The translations under genes and the position numbers were made by a program. Below the pieces are notes generated by a model. The model was not told the DNA's origin and ran no database searches. It saw only the letters and a list, made by a program, of their open reading frames with translations. A stretch of 64,000 nt of DNA from a virus. The number at the start of each line of letters is the position of its first letter. The first letter of the stretch is position 1. The stretch is taken from positions 64,001 through 128,000 of the IMG/VR virus record IMGVR_UViG_3300030109_005647. The stretch is one strand, 5' to 3'. Shown here piece by piece: positions 47,424 through 57,052 of this stretch.

Positions 47424-48221
47424 TTATGGTATACCAAATATCTTACCAAGATATTGTAATCTATTTTGTAAGTATTTTAAAGTTGTTCCATTTGAATATG
47501 GAATAATTCTAAGTAGATTTAAGACTAAAAGTCTTTTTGAAGCTTCAATCTCTTCAAAGGACATTTCTTGTAGCATCTTGTCATACAAATGTATTGTCTT
47601 TATTAAAGGCTTGTCCATGTTATGACGCCATGACCAATCTAAGACGACATCTTGCATTATTTTTGAATAGTCAACATACTTTGTCTGTATAAAAGAGTCA
47701 AGAAAATCAATGAAATATATTTTATTTCTATAGATTAATATATTTTCAAAAGTAAGATCGCCATGATTTTGCGATACCGGCGTTTTTGACCAGTCATGCT
47801 CTTTACAATAACTATAATATTTATTTGTATAAGAGGGTAGTCGAGAAGTTAATGAACTTAACTTCTTGTTTATTAGGGGTGTTATATCTTTAGTGTTGTC
47901 AACTTTTTCTTGTAGATACTTGTAGATTTTATCAAAAATAGGCATTATGTTATTTATGCTGCTCAAGGATACATAGTTGTGCATCGGTGCGCCGCGAATA
48001 AATTCCATATCGAAATAAAAAAGATTGTTAGTATAGCCTGATTTGTAAACAATTGGCGTGTGGAAATCACTATGATTAAACGATTGTTGCTTTTCCATCT
48101 GTTTGAATAAACGAGAATTGTATTCCTGAGAGGAAGATACTTTTCGAATAAACTTTTTTCCGGCTTCCTCTTGAAGATAAATGTGGCATCCAGAGTGCCC
48201 GTTCATTTTTTTTATTATCAT
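47424..48221 (-). CDS. APH/choline-kinase-like phosphotransferase
   Basis: GHSG loop, IRK, HGDLTFENI, FIDF. Confidence 0.8.
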   Translation of the reverse strand: MIIKKMNGHSGCHIYLQEEAGKKFIRKVSSSQEYNSRLFKQMEKQQSFNHSDFHTPIVYKSGYTNNLFYFDMEFIRGAPMHNYVSLSSINNIMPIFDKIYKYLQEKVDNTKDITPLINKKLSSLTSRLPSYTNKYYSYCKEHDWSKTPVSQNHGDLTFENILIYRNKIYFIDFLDSFIQTKYVDYSKIMQDVVLDWSWRHNMDKPLIKTIHLYDKMLQEMSFEEIEASKRLLVLNLLRIIPYSNGTTLKYLQNRLQYLGKIFGIP

Positions 48222-48238
48222 CTGTGCCTTGTTTGATG

Positions 48239-49168
48239 CTATCTTCCTTGCGGTCTGTCATAATTAAGATAATTCAACGAATTTAGATCTAAATCTTTTT
48301 CAAAATATAGGTACCTTATTGCTGTTTTAACTTTTGATTTCTTAATATCAGGAGGATGGTTTACAATTTCATTACTCCAGTTTTTAATCCAGCCCTGCTT
48401 TTCAGAGGTATGAATAGGATCTCCGTGTTTCCAAGTGCCTTTCCATTTGTTATAGAAATAGTTCCAAGCAGTTTTTTTATATATACCACCTCTACTGTTA
48501 TGCCATATTTTTTGTTGTTCTGCGTCATCGGGCTTTCTTTTTATGATGCTTTCACCCTTTTGTTCTACTGTAACAAAATTACGATCCTCAAAAGACTCAA
48601 TCGGATAATCTGGCTCATGGTTTAATTTAATGCCATGGACTATATCGTTAATAGAAGATTTCTCTTTATTAAAGATCAACGCTCTCAAAAAATAGTCTGT
48701 CTCTTTGTATTGTGCAGGTAAGTTTTCATCCCACATGCCAATTTTTTTGATTGCCTCTGGTCTGTAAGCAGTGACCGTATCTCCACATAGCCCTGTGACA
48801 AAACTATAACCTTTTTTATTAAAAAGTGCATCTAGATTCGAACAAAAATTTGGGTGGACCACGGCATCATTTTGTAGTGTCACTAGTATCTCTGTATCTG
48901 GATTTTTTAAGTCCACAATGCCATTAATAAAAGCTTGATTATAATTCTCAGATACGTTTCCATTTGACCAATCAGGTCTTAGTACGTTATGAAGAACGTT
49001 AACTTTTTCTTTAAACTCTGGGTCTAGGTTAAATTCAGAGTGATTGTTTATGATATTAACTTCTGTATTTTTTACAGTTGAAAAGTCAGATTTAAACAAT
49101 TTACGCAGCGTATCATTGAGCACTTCACATCTTTTGTATGTAACAATATAAACTTTTATTTTTTTCAT
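48239..49168 (-). CDS. GT-A (GT2-like) glycosyltransferase
   Basis: VYIVTYKR, IINNHS, LQND, IGMWDE...ETDYFLR. Confidence 0.7.
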   Translation of the reverse strand: MKKIKVYIVTYKRCEVLNDTLRKLFKSDFSTVKNTEVNIINNHSEFNLDPEFKEKVNVLHNVLRPDWSNGNVSENYNQAFINGIVDLKNPDTEILVTLQNDAVVHPNFCSNLDALFNKKGYSFVTGLCGDTVTAYRPEAIKKIGMWDENLPAQYKETDYFLRALIFNKEKSSINDIVHGIKLNHEPDYPIESFEDRNFVTVEQKGESIIKRKPDDAEQQKIWHNSRGGIYKKTAWNYFYNKWKGTWKHGDPIHTSEKQGWIKNWSNEIVNHPPDIKKSKVKTAIRYLYFEKDLDLNSLNYLNYDRPQGR

Positions 49169-50142
49169 AAAATATTACTATCTTTTAGTTGTTCCAAACA
49201 GCCACTCCAGTCAGAGAAACGAAAAGCTTTGTCGTCAATATAAGCCACCGCTCTAGGCTTTTCAGCAGTAACTTTTGCGACATATTTTGATGCATTATGT
49301 TTTTCTAGCCACTCCCATATCATTTGCGTTCCAGTTTTTCCATTTACCAAGCCGCGATCAGATTTCGCTTTGCAGGTATAAATAATAACATTATATTTTT
49401 CAGCCAATGTTGCTAACGCCTCTATCGCTCCGTCAACCGGTGAATCATAAATTGTTCCATCATAATAACCCTTTGAGCATTGGTGGACCACTCCATCAAA
49501 ATCGACACCAATATTTACTTGCTCATCAGGATACGAGTATTCCCTGATTTTAGATCTCCAATGTTTAGCGTTTTTAATATCATCTGGAGAATTTTTGCCG
49601 ATAGGAGGGCACACGTTTCCAGATCCATGGGTGAGTTCATATGTCAGCAAAAGAGTTAGCACTTCTGAGGTATGATAATATTCTGCGCCTAAGATGACCT
49701 GTGTTAAGTTTGGGATCTGTATTTTGATAGGTCTGCTAGTGATCATTGCTATATGCATATTGTTATCACCAGCCCACTGTAGGGCTTTAATAATGTCAGT
49801 TGAGCTTCCAGAAGAAGAAACACCCAAAACCAAAGATTTTTTCATTTGAGTTTTAGTTTTTGTAGTGGTTCTTGCTCTGAGCCAGTCAACCATCCACTGT
49901 TCAAAACTCGTATCATTAATTAAAGAAGTTGCGACGATAGCAGAGCCAGGGCAAATTGCGTTTTTTGTGCCATTTGACAATCTAGTCATATCTACTGCTG
50001 CGTGATCCGCAATGGCTAAATTACCGCCATGTCCTAATACATATATATCATTAGACGAATTGAATTTTTTTTGAAGCTCAGTCCAATCGCCTGAATTAAC
50101 GACTTGTACAAATTTTTCTCCAATATTCTCAAAATCAAGCAT
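49165..50142 (-). CDS. GmhA-like SIS sugar-phosphate isomerase fused to a HAD phosphatase
   Basis: LGHGGNLAIADH, GVSSSGSS (SIS); GVDFDGV, YTC, KP...YIDD (HAD). Confidence 0.8.
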   Translation of the reverse strand: MLDFENIGEKFVQVVNSGDWTELQKKFNSSNDIYVLGHGGNLAIADHAAVDMTRLSNGTKNAICPGSAIVATSLINDTSFEQWMVDWLRARTTTKTKTQMKKSLVLGVSSSGSSTDIIKALQWAGDNNMHIAMITSRPIKIQIPNLTQVILGAEYYHTSEVLTLLLTYELTHGSGNVCPPIGKNSPDDIKNAKHWRSKIREYSYPDEQVNIGVDFDGVVHQCSKGYYDGTIYDSPVDGAIEALATLAEKYNVIIYTCKAKSDRGLVNGKTGTQMIWEWLEKHNASKYVAKVTAEKPRAVAYIDDKAFRFSDWSGCLEQLKDSNIL

Positions 50143-50815
50143 GTTGTATTTCCTTGTATGTTTCTATTAAAGCTATGGTGTCCATACCCATAGCAATTAT
50201 ACCATAACCGGTATACTTTTTAATTTGTTTTTTAACATCTTTTGGTATGTGAACAGCCATTTTTTCTATTGGAATTTGCTTTTTTATCTTTTCTACTGCC
50301 GACATATATTTGGGATTATCAAAATCCGCAGGACAGCCTAAACTAGCTGAGAGGTCGTAAGGACCAATCATATAGTAATCAAAGCCAGTTATGTCTTTAA
50401 TGTTTTTTACGCCGAGCGAAGTTTCTATCTGGGCAATCAATATTGGAGATTCAGAAACAATATCCTTGTTTAGACCCCATCTATTTTGTCTCACCAAACC
50501 CAAGCCTCTTAAACCTCCATATTTTGGGTATTTACACAAACTATGGATCTCTTCAACTTCAGATTTTTGTTCGACTGTGGAAAATATTATACCTGATGCT
50601 CCTGCGTCCAAACAATATTTTGCCATGAACTTATCTTGTTTACCAAGCCTAACGAAACATTTTTTATTATTTGAAGTTATAACCTGTATACAGCTATACA
50701 AGGTTTCTTTATTATAACAAGCATGTTCAGTGTCTAGAACAACGCCATCTAGATCATTTTGACAAAGAATATCGGATATAATTGTGGAGGGTATCTGCTG
50801 CCAAGCTAATTTCAT
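50135..50815 (-). CDS. HpcH/HpaI class II pyruvate aldolase
   Basis: LDTEHA, FVRL, LDAGA, QIET, IGPYDLS. Start at ATG 50815 (ATGA overlap). Confidence 0.88.
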   Translation of the reverse strand: MKLAWQQIPSTIISDILCQNDLDGVVLDTEHACYNKETLYSCIQVITSNNKKCFVRLGKQDKFMAKYCLDAGASGIIFSTVEQKSEVEEIHSLCKYPKYGGLRGLGLVRQNRWGLNKDIVSESPILIAQIETSLGVKNIKDITGFDYYMIGPYDLSASLGCPADFDNPKYMSAVEKIKKQIPIEKMAVHIPKDVKKQIKKYTGYGIIAMGMDTIALIETYKEIQHA

Positions 50816-51465
50816 ATGTTCACCATAATATTTGCTAGCTTCCAATCATCTTCTATATCTATATCTAAACTTTCTTTTTGTTCTGTTGTATAGAAATATG
50901 GTTGAGATCCTATTCTGTTCCCTGTTTTTGTCATTTGACCAGCAAAAAACATATAAAATAAAGAGTTCTCCTCATAATAACAAGGAAGATCTTGAGTTTG
51001 CTCAAGTTTCATTGGATTATGATTTACAGGGCACATTCCATAACCTTCTTTCCTCCACAATCTAGTATGTAAAGCGTTGCATGAAACGACAGAATCATAA
51101 TTACCATCTATTAAAATTCTTTTGGCATCATTTAGTGTATTTACGTTTAAAAATGGAGAAGTTACGTGAACTTGGCATATGATATCATTCTGTTGACAAT
51201 ATTTTTTTACAAAATTTGCTATCAAATCGCAAACTGGTGTTTCATCTCCCAAAAGGTGAGACTGTCTAGCATACGCGGTGACATGTTGTAGTTCTTTATC
51301 TGCTGAGACCTGTTCAAGTATTTCTTCACTGTCAGTGTCAACAAAAACTTCAAAACTTTTTAATTTATAGAGTGTGTGTTTATATAATGGTAAATCTTTA
51401 AATATTCTAAAGTTTTTACCAGGCACACGTTGTGAGTTTTTTTTTATAGGAATAAAAATTTTCAA
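50812..51465 (-). CDS. CMP-ulosonate synthetase (NeuA/KdsB-like cytidylyltransferase)
   Basis: IPIKKNSQRVPGKN, VDTDSE, VTSPF, EENS, LDIDIEDDW. Confidence 0.88.
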   Translation of the reverse strand: MKIFIPIKKNSQRVPGKNFRIFKDLPLYKHTLYKLKSFEVFVDTDSEEILEQVSADKELQHVTAYARQSHLLGDETPVCDLIANFVKKYCQQNDIICQVHVTSPFLNVNTLNDAKRILIDGNYDSVVSCNALHTRLWRKEGYGMCPVNHNPMKLEQTQDLPCYYEENSLFYMFFAGQMTKTGNRIGSQPYFYTTEQKESLDIDIEDDWKLANIMVNI

Positions 51466-52226
51466 TTAACAGCCTCTTTAAATAAGCTCTTATCTAGATC
51501 TTTTAAGTTTAATATTTTTTCTAAAGTGCCATCTAGTTTTACAATTGGATGATCAATTAAGGTCTCTTTAGCGTGTTTCCACATATTTTTTTGATTGTGT
51601 CTTTTTGAAGAAAAAGCCATGTGTGCAAACTCATCTTCCGTAACTTTTTTTTCTTTTTCTATTCCTGACTTACACCCAGGTATAAAACCGTCGAGATAAA
51701 AACTAAATCCATATATGGACAAAGATTTTGGTTTAAAGCTAAGTAGGTCATATATTGCTAAGTAACCAGTATTTGGTCTGCTTTTTACTTTCTTAGCAAG
51801 TTTTGTATGAAAGTCATGTGATACGATTCTTACAGGCATAACTGATTGTATCTTTTTTACTGTTTTTTTATTCACCATGTAATGAAATTTTGTTTTCTTG
51901 GAAACACCAGAATAAGACGACTCTGGAGGAGCCACCAAAAAATCAACGCCATATTCATTTTTTAATTCGCTTGCATTTATTTTTCCTGCGTTCTGCGCTG
52001 TTTCAATCAAGCAAGAATATAGAATATCACACTTAACACCTATGTCATTGGGGTATTGTCTGGTTGTTTCTATACTCCTATTGATTCTAACGACTAAATC
52101 ATTTTTATCAATCTCATCGCCTAAATTTTTACCCATCATATATTTGGCAGGACCAACAATAGCTATATTCTTATCGCGAACAAGCTCACTGAATTTAAAA
52201 TTATTATCTTCGTTTGATATTTTCAT
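51462..52226 (-). CDS. GT29 sialyltransferase-like glycosyltransferase
   Basis: Sialylmotif L-like IAIVGPA..GDEIDKNDLVVRIN..DIGVKCD; motif S-like RPNTGYLAI..IYGFSF; VS-like His in KRHNQ. Confidence 0.75.
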   Translation of the reverse strand: MKISNEDNNFKFSELVRDKNIAIVGPAKYMMGKNLGDEIDKNDLVVRINRSIETTRQYPNDIGVKCDILYSCLIETAQNAGKINASELKNEYGVDFLVAPPESSYSGVSKKTKFHYMVNKKTVKKIQSVMPVRIVSHDFHTKLAKKVKSRPNTGYLAIYDLLSFKPKSLSIYGFSFYLDGFIPGCKSGIEKEKKVTEDEFAHMAFSSKRHNQKNMWKHAKETLIDHPIVKLDGTLEKILNLKDLDKSLFKEAVN

Positions 52227-52800
52227 TTTTTTTAAAAATTCCAATTTTGTTTTCTACCAATTGTCCAGAAATTAAATTTTCTTTGCCAAAGAAATGGTAT
52301 GCGTATTTACTCTCAATATGTCTACCCATATCATCCATAACACATATGCCACCATCTTTTAATAAATTCCAAGCAGCAAAAATACTTTTCATCCTACCAG
52401 GACCCTTATAAGGTCTTGGTGGGTTATGACCTAACGGTCCATCTACGAATATCATGTCCCAGTTTTCTGATTTAATGCTTTTTGGTAATGCCATTTTTAA
52501 TTTTCTTAAATCAAATCCTATTTTCTCATGGTCTTTTGCCTCTGTGTTGTATTTTACAGTATGTATCTCCAATCCAGATCCGTTGAATTTTGAGATCCAC
52601 TCCTCATCATCTTCTAGGAAAGCTGTACGACCACCCTCATTTATCTTTTGCCAAACAAATGCGTCGTGTCCTAATCCAAAAACTAAAAAGTTACAGGGAG
52701 ATAATAAATTTAACTCTTTTGCGACAGCTAAGTACTGATTTGTCGACATCAAACCATAACCTTTTATCTTCATCTGCTTAATTAATTGATTATAACTCAT
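52204..52800 (-). CDS. DUF579 (GXM/IRX15-like) polysaccharide O-methyltransferase
   Basis: SPCNFLVFGLGHD..W..IN.GGRTAFLEDDEEWI, WDMIFVDGP, PGRMKSIFAA closely follow plant glucuronoxylan methyltransferase motifs. Confidence 0.82.
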   Translation of the reverse strand: MSYNQLIKQMKIKGYGLMSTNQYLAVAKELNLLSPCNFLVFGLGHDAFVWQKINEGGRTAFLEDDEEWISKFNGSGLEIHTVKYNTEAKDHEKIGFDLRKLKMALPKSIKSENWDMIFVDGPLGHNPPRPYKGPGRMKSIFAAWNLLKDGGICVMDDMGRHIESKYAYHFFGKENLISGQLVENKIGIFKKNENIKRR

Positions 52801-52802
52801 TG

Positions 52803-53546
52803 TTAATATTCCATAAAATTCTTTTTTACTACTTCTAAGGCTTGTTCTAGCGTTTGTATTTCATAAGTACCCTGGTTGATTCTAGTGTCTGCGTGCATAT
52901 GATATATTCTAGGGGTTAGGTGCTCTTCGCCAAAAGTGTGATGAAACTTTCTTTGCTTTTCTCTGTTTGCCTTACTTCTAATGTTATATTCTACAGGAAA
53001 AACATAAAATTGAAGACCGTTTTGTATAGCCTCCCACAGTGATACTCTAAAGGATGGTTGATCCCATGGACAATGTTGATAATATTTGTAAAAATTTTCT
53101 CTCCATTTTTTAAACAAAGTGGTGACTTTATCGCTTTTATTAAACACCATAACACCAGTATTTACCTCAGAAAAAGAATAAGGAATGTCTCCATACTCTG
53201 GTATGGCTTCTGAATACTTTTTTCTTTTCCTAGCTAGATCATGAGTAGCCGCAAGATCAAAGTTGTCTAATAAATCATACATATCTTCTATATTATAATC
53301 AATAATCGTATCTGTATCCAGGAACAGTGTTTTTTCATATGGTGACATTATAATATAATCAATTTTAGGTCTAAGATGTTTTGCTCTTATTAAAACACAC
53401 TTATCTACATATTCAGAATCGACTGGTTTATCTACAAATGCCGTAATATGTAACTCTGGATTGTGTTTTTTTACAGATTCTGCAGATATCAACATTTCTT
53501 TTAAAAAATTTTCTCCAAAAGCAATATACAATACGCCTCTTTTCAT
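52803..53546 (-). CDS. GT-A glycosyltransferase (GT8/nucleotide-diphospho-sugar transferase-like)
   Basis: LFLDTD (DxD), VNTGVM, WDQPSF, EYN. Confidence 0.78.
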   Translation of the reverse strand: MKRGVLYIAFGENFLKEMLISAESVKKHNPELHITAFVDKPVDSEYVDKCVLIRAKHLRPKIDYIIMSPYEKTLFLDTDTIIDYNIEDMYDLLDNFDLAATHDLARKRKKYSEAIPEYGDIPYSFSEVNTGVMVFNKSDKVTTLFKKWRENFYKYYQHCPWDQPSFRVSLWEAIQNGLQFYVFPVEYNIRSKANREKQRKFHHTFGEEHLTPRIYHMHADTRINQGTYEIQTLEQALEVVKKNFMEY

Positions 53547-54541
53547 TTTTTTATGCTCCTAATGTTAAAATAAAGTCTCTCTGCCCAAGAAATAGGATTA
53601 TATAATCTATCAAATTCTTCTTTTGCGTTCTTCGCAACTTTTGTTCTGACTTTTGGGTCTTTATATTTTAATATCCCTTTTATCCAGCTTTGCTTATTAA
53701 AAGCAATGGTCCCGCATCTTGGGTCTCCCAATATGTGGAAATTACTTGGGGTTAAATCAGTCACTATAGGTATTCCTAGTTGATGAAAAACAAATGACCT
53801 GCCGGCATTTGATTTATTTTTCATACGAATTACGTGATCAGTAGAGTGCATACCATAATGGTCATTTATTGGAAAGTTATGATTTTTCATATCAATGTAA
53901 GTTACATTTGGTACAATTCCAACGTCACAAGTCATTAAGTTTTGTTTGATTGTATCCAAGCCCCACTTCTTGATAGCGATATTTTTAATGTTTGGTCTGC
54001 CATATTGCCAATTTATATTCTCGTGAGTCGTGACGACTAATAATTCAATGTCACAAATCTTATCAATATACTCTAAAGCCGATTTTAAATGGGGCTCGAA
54101 TTTACTTAGGTGAGGGTAATGCCCGTGATATCCAATTCTTAAGACATCTTTCTCAATATGTTCTTTTTGTTTACAATTTTGGAACATATTTTCTATGAGG
54201 GGAAATAAAAATACATTTTCATAAGTTGACAAACTATCCATTTCTTCTAATGAGCCAACTATGACAAAATCAATATTTAAATTTTTCTTTTCAGCAGATA
54301 AGTTAATAACGCCAACAGTTCTTTCAGGATATTTTGTTTTTATTTTTGAAGCAGCTTCTGCATCTTCTTTACCACAAATGATAATATCATGATCTTCAAC
54401 CCTGCTATTTGGATTGGCTATCTCTGATTGTATCCCTGCTTGTTTAAAATAATTGTTTAAATCGTGAACCCATATTCTATACGAGCCAACATTTATGAAA
54501 GGTGTGGTGCAATAAAATAATATTTTTTTTTCTTTTGACAT
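53543..54541 (-). CDS. GT-B glycosyltransferase (divergent)
   Basis: GSYRI, IGYHG, CDVGIVP, KSNAGR..LGIPIVT. Confidence 0.65.
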   Translation of the reverse strand: MSKEKKILFYCTTPFINVGSYRIWVHDLNNYFKQAGIQSEIANPNSRVEDHDIIICGKEDAEAASKIKTKYPERTVGVINLSAEKKNLNIDFVIVGSLEEMDSLSTYENVFLFPLIENMFQNCKQKEHIEKDVLRIGYHGHYPHLSKFEPHLKSALEYIDKICDIELLVVTTHENINWQYGRPNIKNIAIKKWGLDTIKQNLMTCDVGIVPNVTYIDMKNHNFPINDHYGMHSTDHVIRMKNKSNAGRSFVFHQLGIPIVTDLTPSNFHILGDPRCGTIAFNKQSWIKGILKYKDPKVRTKVAKNAKEEFDRLYNPISWAERLYFNIRSIKK

Positions 54542-54545
54542 GATT

Positions 54546-55436
54546 TTATTTTTTAATAAACTCTTTGTATTTATTTGATACTTCTTTCATATCATAACTC
54601 ACTTCATGTATATTTTTAATTTTTTTATCAAAACTAAGGACTGGTGGTTTGTATAATTCAACAGGCTTAAAATCCCAATCTTTTTCCTGTATTACAATGG
54701 CATCCAAACCAGCTATTTCTTTTGTGCCGCCGGCGGAAGAGCAGATAATTTGGCATCCACTAGCCCTTGCATCAACAACAACATTAGGGCAGTGATCAAG
54801 CCAAGCTAAATGCAGAAAATATTTTGATCTCTTGTATAAAGAAATTAAGTTAGGTACGGATATCTCTCCAACATAAAATATTCTTTCACTTTTTTGTATT
54901 TTTTTATCTGATTTTCCTGCGATTACTAGGCAATCTTTTTCAGAGGAGTGTTCTAAAAAATATCTAATATTGTCGTCTAATCTTTTATGTGGACGCCATG
55001 ATGCGGCGCAAGACCAAACATTTTCGAATTTATCTATTTTTGGATGACTCAGAGGTGTAACAGTTTCAATAAAATCTGTGTCAGCGCCATTGTGGATTAC
55101 AGCAGAATATTCATGCTCTCCGAAATATTCTGTTGTTAGCTTTTTATTAAAATTAGATTGAAATATAACACCGGTGGAATGGTGATATGTTTTTTCAATA
55201 TTTTGATTTTGTATTTTATACGGTTGAGATAAATTAAAGTATATCCCATCTAATCTCTGAAAAAGAGGAATTTTGCTTTGAAAATCTCTTGTTTCTATAA
55301 AGCATAGTCTAGCATCGGCGGTAGAGGTTTTGTTAAATGTGACACCATTTTTTTTGCCATATTTAACTAATTTTGATGCGAAATGGTTAGGTCCCGAAGC
55401 GCTTTGAAGGTTTACGTTTTCTAGTTGTATATTCAT
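54546..55436 (-). CDS. GT4 glycosyltransferase
   Basis: SGPNHF, IHNGAD, RPHKR, DHCPNVVVDARASGCQII..GGTKE. Confidence 0.85.
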   Translation of the reverse strand: MNIQLENVNLQSASGPNHFASKLVKYGKKNGVTFNKTSTADARLCFIETRDFQSKIPLFQRLDGIYFNLSQPYKIQNQNIEKTYHHSTGVIFQSNFNKKLTTEYFGEHEYSAVIHNGADTDFIETVTPLSHPKIDKFENVWSCAASWRPHKRLDDNIRYFLEHSSEKDCLVIAGKSDKKIQKSERIFYVGEISVPNLISLYKRSKYFLHLAWLDHCPNVVVDARASGCQIICSSAGGTKEIAGLDAIVIQEKDWDFKPVELYKPPVLSFDKKIKNIHEVSYDMKEVSNKYKEFIKK

Positions 55437-57052
55437 ATTCTTTTATATGGAGTTTTACTCCTGATTTTGTCTGCCAATTCAGATTGTTTTTTTGCCTTAA
55501 TCTTATCTACACTTAAGGGGTTTTGTCTATTGTAAACATAAAGCGCTTCTGGTATATATCGTGATCTCTCTGCAGACATCTCTAATAGTGGCAACATTAT
55601 AGCTTGATCATAAGTCATTTCGAAATATTTACCGCTCTCTTTAAGATCTTTTTGATCTAACTTTTCCCACAGGCAATATTTAAAAGTTCTAAGATGTGAT
55701 GCTCGCCAACTGTCTTTTCTAAACGAATTATTTTTGATAATCTCCTCTGGGTATTCAGAAGGCTCTACGCCTCTTTGACCGGTTGGGTTATATATATAAC
55801 TTCCATAAGTTAATAGTGTATCTGTCGTGTATTCATCACTTAACCTAGATAAAACCGCCGTAGATGATAACCAATCATCGCCATCCATCAATATTACGAT
55901 ATCCTGTTTTTTTATACTCTTCTCATTTAAGATGTAAGCAATGTTTCCCAAAGCATACTTTTTTTCTTTATTTTGTATTAATTCAAATCGGGTATCATCT
56001 CTTATCATTTGCTTGATTATATCTGAGGAGTTATCAGTCGACATATCATCAACCAAATAACACTTAAAATTAGTATAACTTTGACGCCTAATACTGTTTA
56101 TACATTTGTCAATCCACTTTTCACAATTATAAAAAGGAACAACAAAAATAAATTTATCATTTTCAATATGTGTTTCCTTTGGCTCCGGTAAAGATAAATT
56201 TTCAAATGCTAATTTTTCTATTTGTGTCCAGAATATTTCTGTTCGTTTTCTCAAATAATATAAAGTGTTTTCTCTTGTTTGGAACCAAGGCTCGTCTTTG
56301 TGTTGAACATTTTCATTTAAAATCAACTCACAGTCCAATAATTTGGCTTCTATTGTCATCCTTGGGCAAGTATCACCAGCATTTGGAAAAAATATAATTC
56401 CTTTGGAATTTGCTAGCTTTTGTAAAAGTTCCTTATGACTCAAACCCCAAACCAATTCATACTCTAAGTTATTCTCTTCAGCATATGCTTTGGATTCGCT
56501 TACGCCTTTAATCCAAGAAGGTGAATTTAAAATTAAATATTTATTATTTTTGTTTTTTGTATCTAGAGAACAAATGTAATCCAATGTTTCATTTGAAAAA
56601 ACAGAGCTTAAGACTTGACTCCTATCGTTATCTAAAAATGGAAATTTATTTCTATAATGATCAAATTGATTTCTAGACATCCACCAAGCCATCTTTGCAT
56701 TGTTTAAAAATATTGAGGTTATTTTTCCTTGACTTGTTAATTCGCAATTACAAGTTTCACCCTCTAATATGTGTTTACCTGGGGATCTATATTTACAATA
56801 TTTATAATCATACTCCAGAACAGAGTAATTTAAATTTTTAGCAGCAAATAAAAGGACTTGTTGCGATGCGTTGGCAAAATTGCCAAAAATCCAAAAAGCT
56901 TTGGTATTTTTTTTCATTAATGAAATTAAGCGTGGATCTGAGGACAGCACCTTATTGCAAGGAAAATAAGATGCTTTAATCAATGCTTCAGTTGTTAACT
57001 CGGCGCCTCCCTCATAATGTTCAACAAATAAATCGGATACAAAAAAAATCAT
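55433..57052 (-). CDS. Fused GT-B (GT4-like) and GT2 glycosyltransferase
   Basis: GGAE..KG..DTCPRMTIEAKLLDC, then VVPFYN, VDDMSTD, MDGDD, YVYNR. Confidence 0.85.
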   Translation of the reverse strand: MIFFVSDLFVEHYEGGAELTTEALIKASYFPCNKVLSSDPRLISLMKKNTKAFWIFGNFANASQQVLLFAAKNLNYSVLEYDYKYCKYRSPGKHILEGETCNCELTSQGKITSIFLNNAKMAWWMSRNQFDHYRNKFPFLDNDRSQVLSSVFSNETLDYICSLDTKNKNNKYLILNSPSWIKGVSESKAYAEENNLEYELVWGLSHKELLQKLANSKGIIFFPNAGDTCPRMTIEAKLLDCELILNENVQHKDEPWFQTRENTLYYLRKRTEIFWTQIEKLAFENLSLPEPKETHIENDKFIFVVPFYNCEKWIDKCINSIRRQSYTNFKCYLVDDMSTDNSSDIIKQMIRDDTRFELIQNKEKKYALGNIAYILNEKSIKKQDIVILMDGDDWLSSTAVLSRLSDEYTTDTLLTYGSYIYNPTGQRGVEPSEYPEEIIKNNSFRKDSWRASHLRTFKYCLWEKLDQKDLKESGKYFEMTYDQAIMLPLLEMSAERSRYIPEALYVYNRQNPLSVDKIKAKKQSELADKIRSKTPYKRI

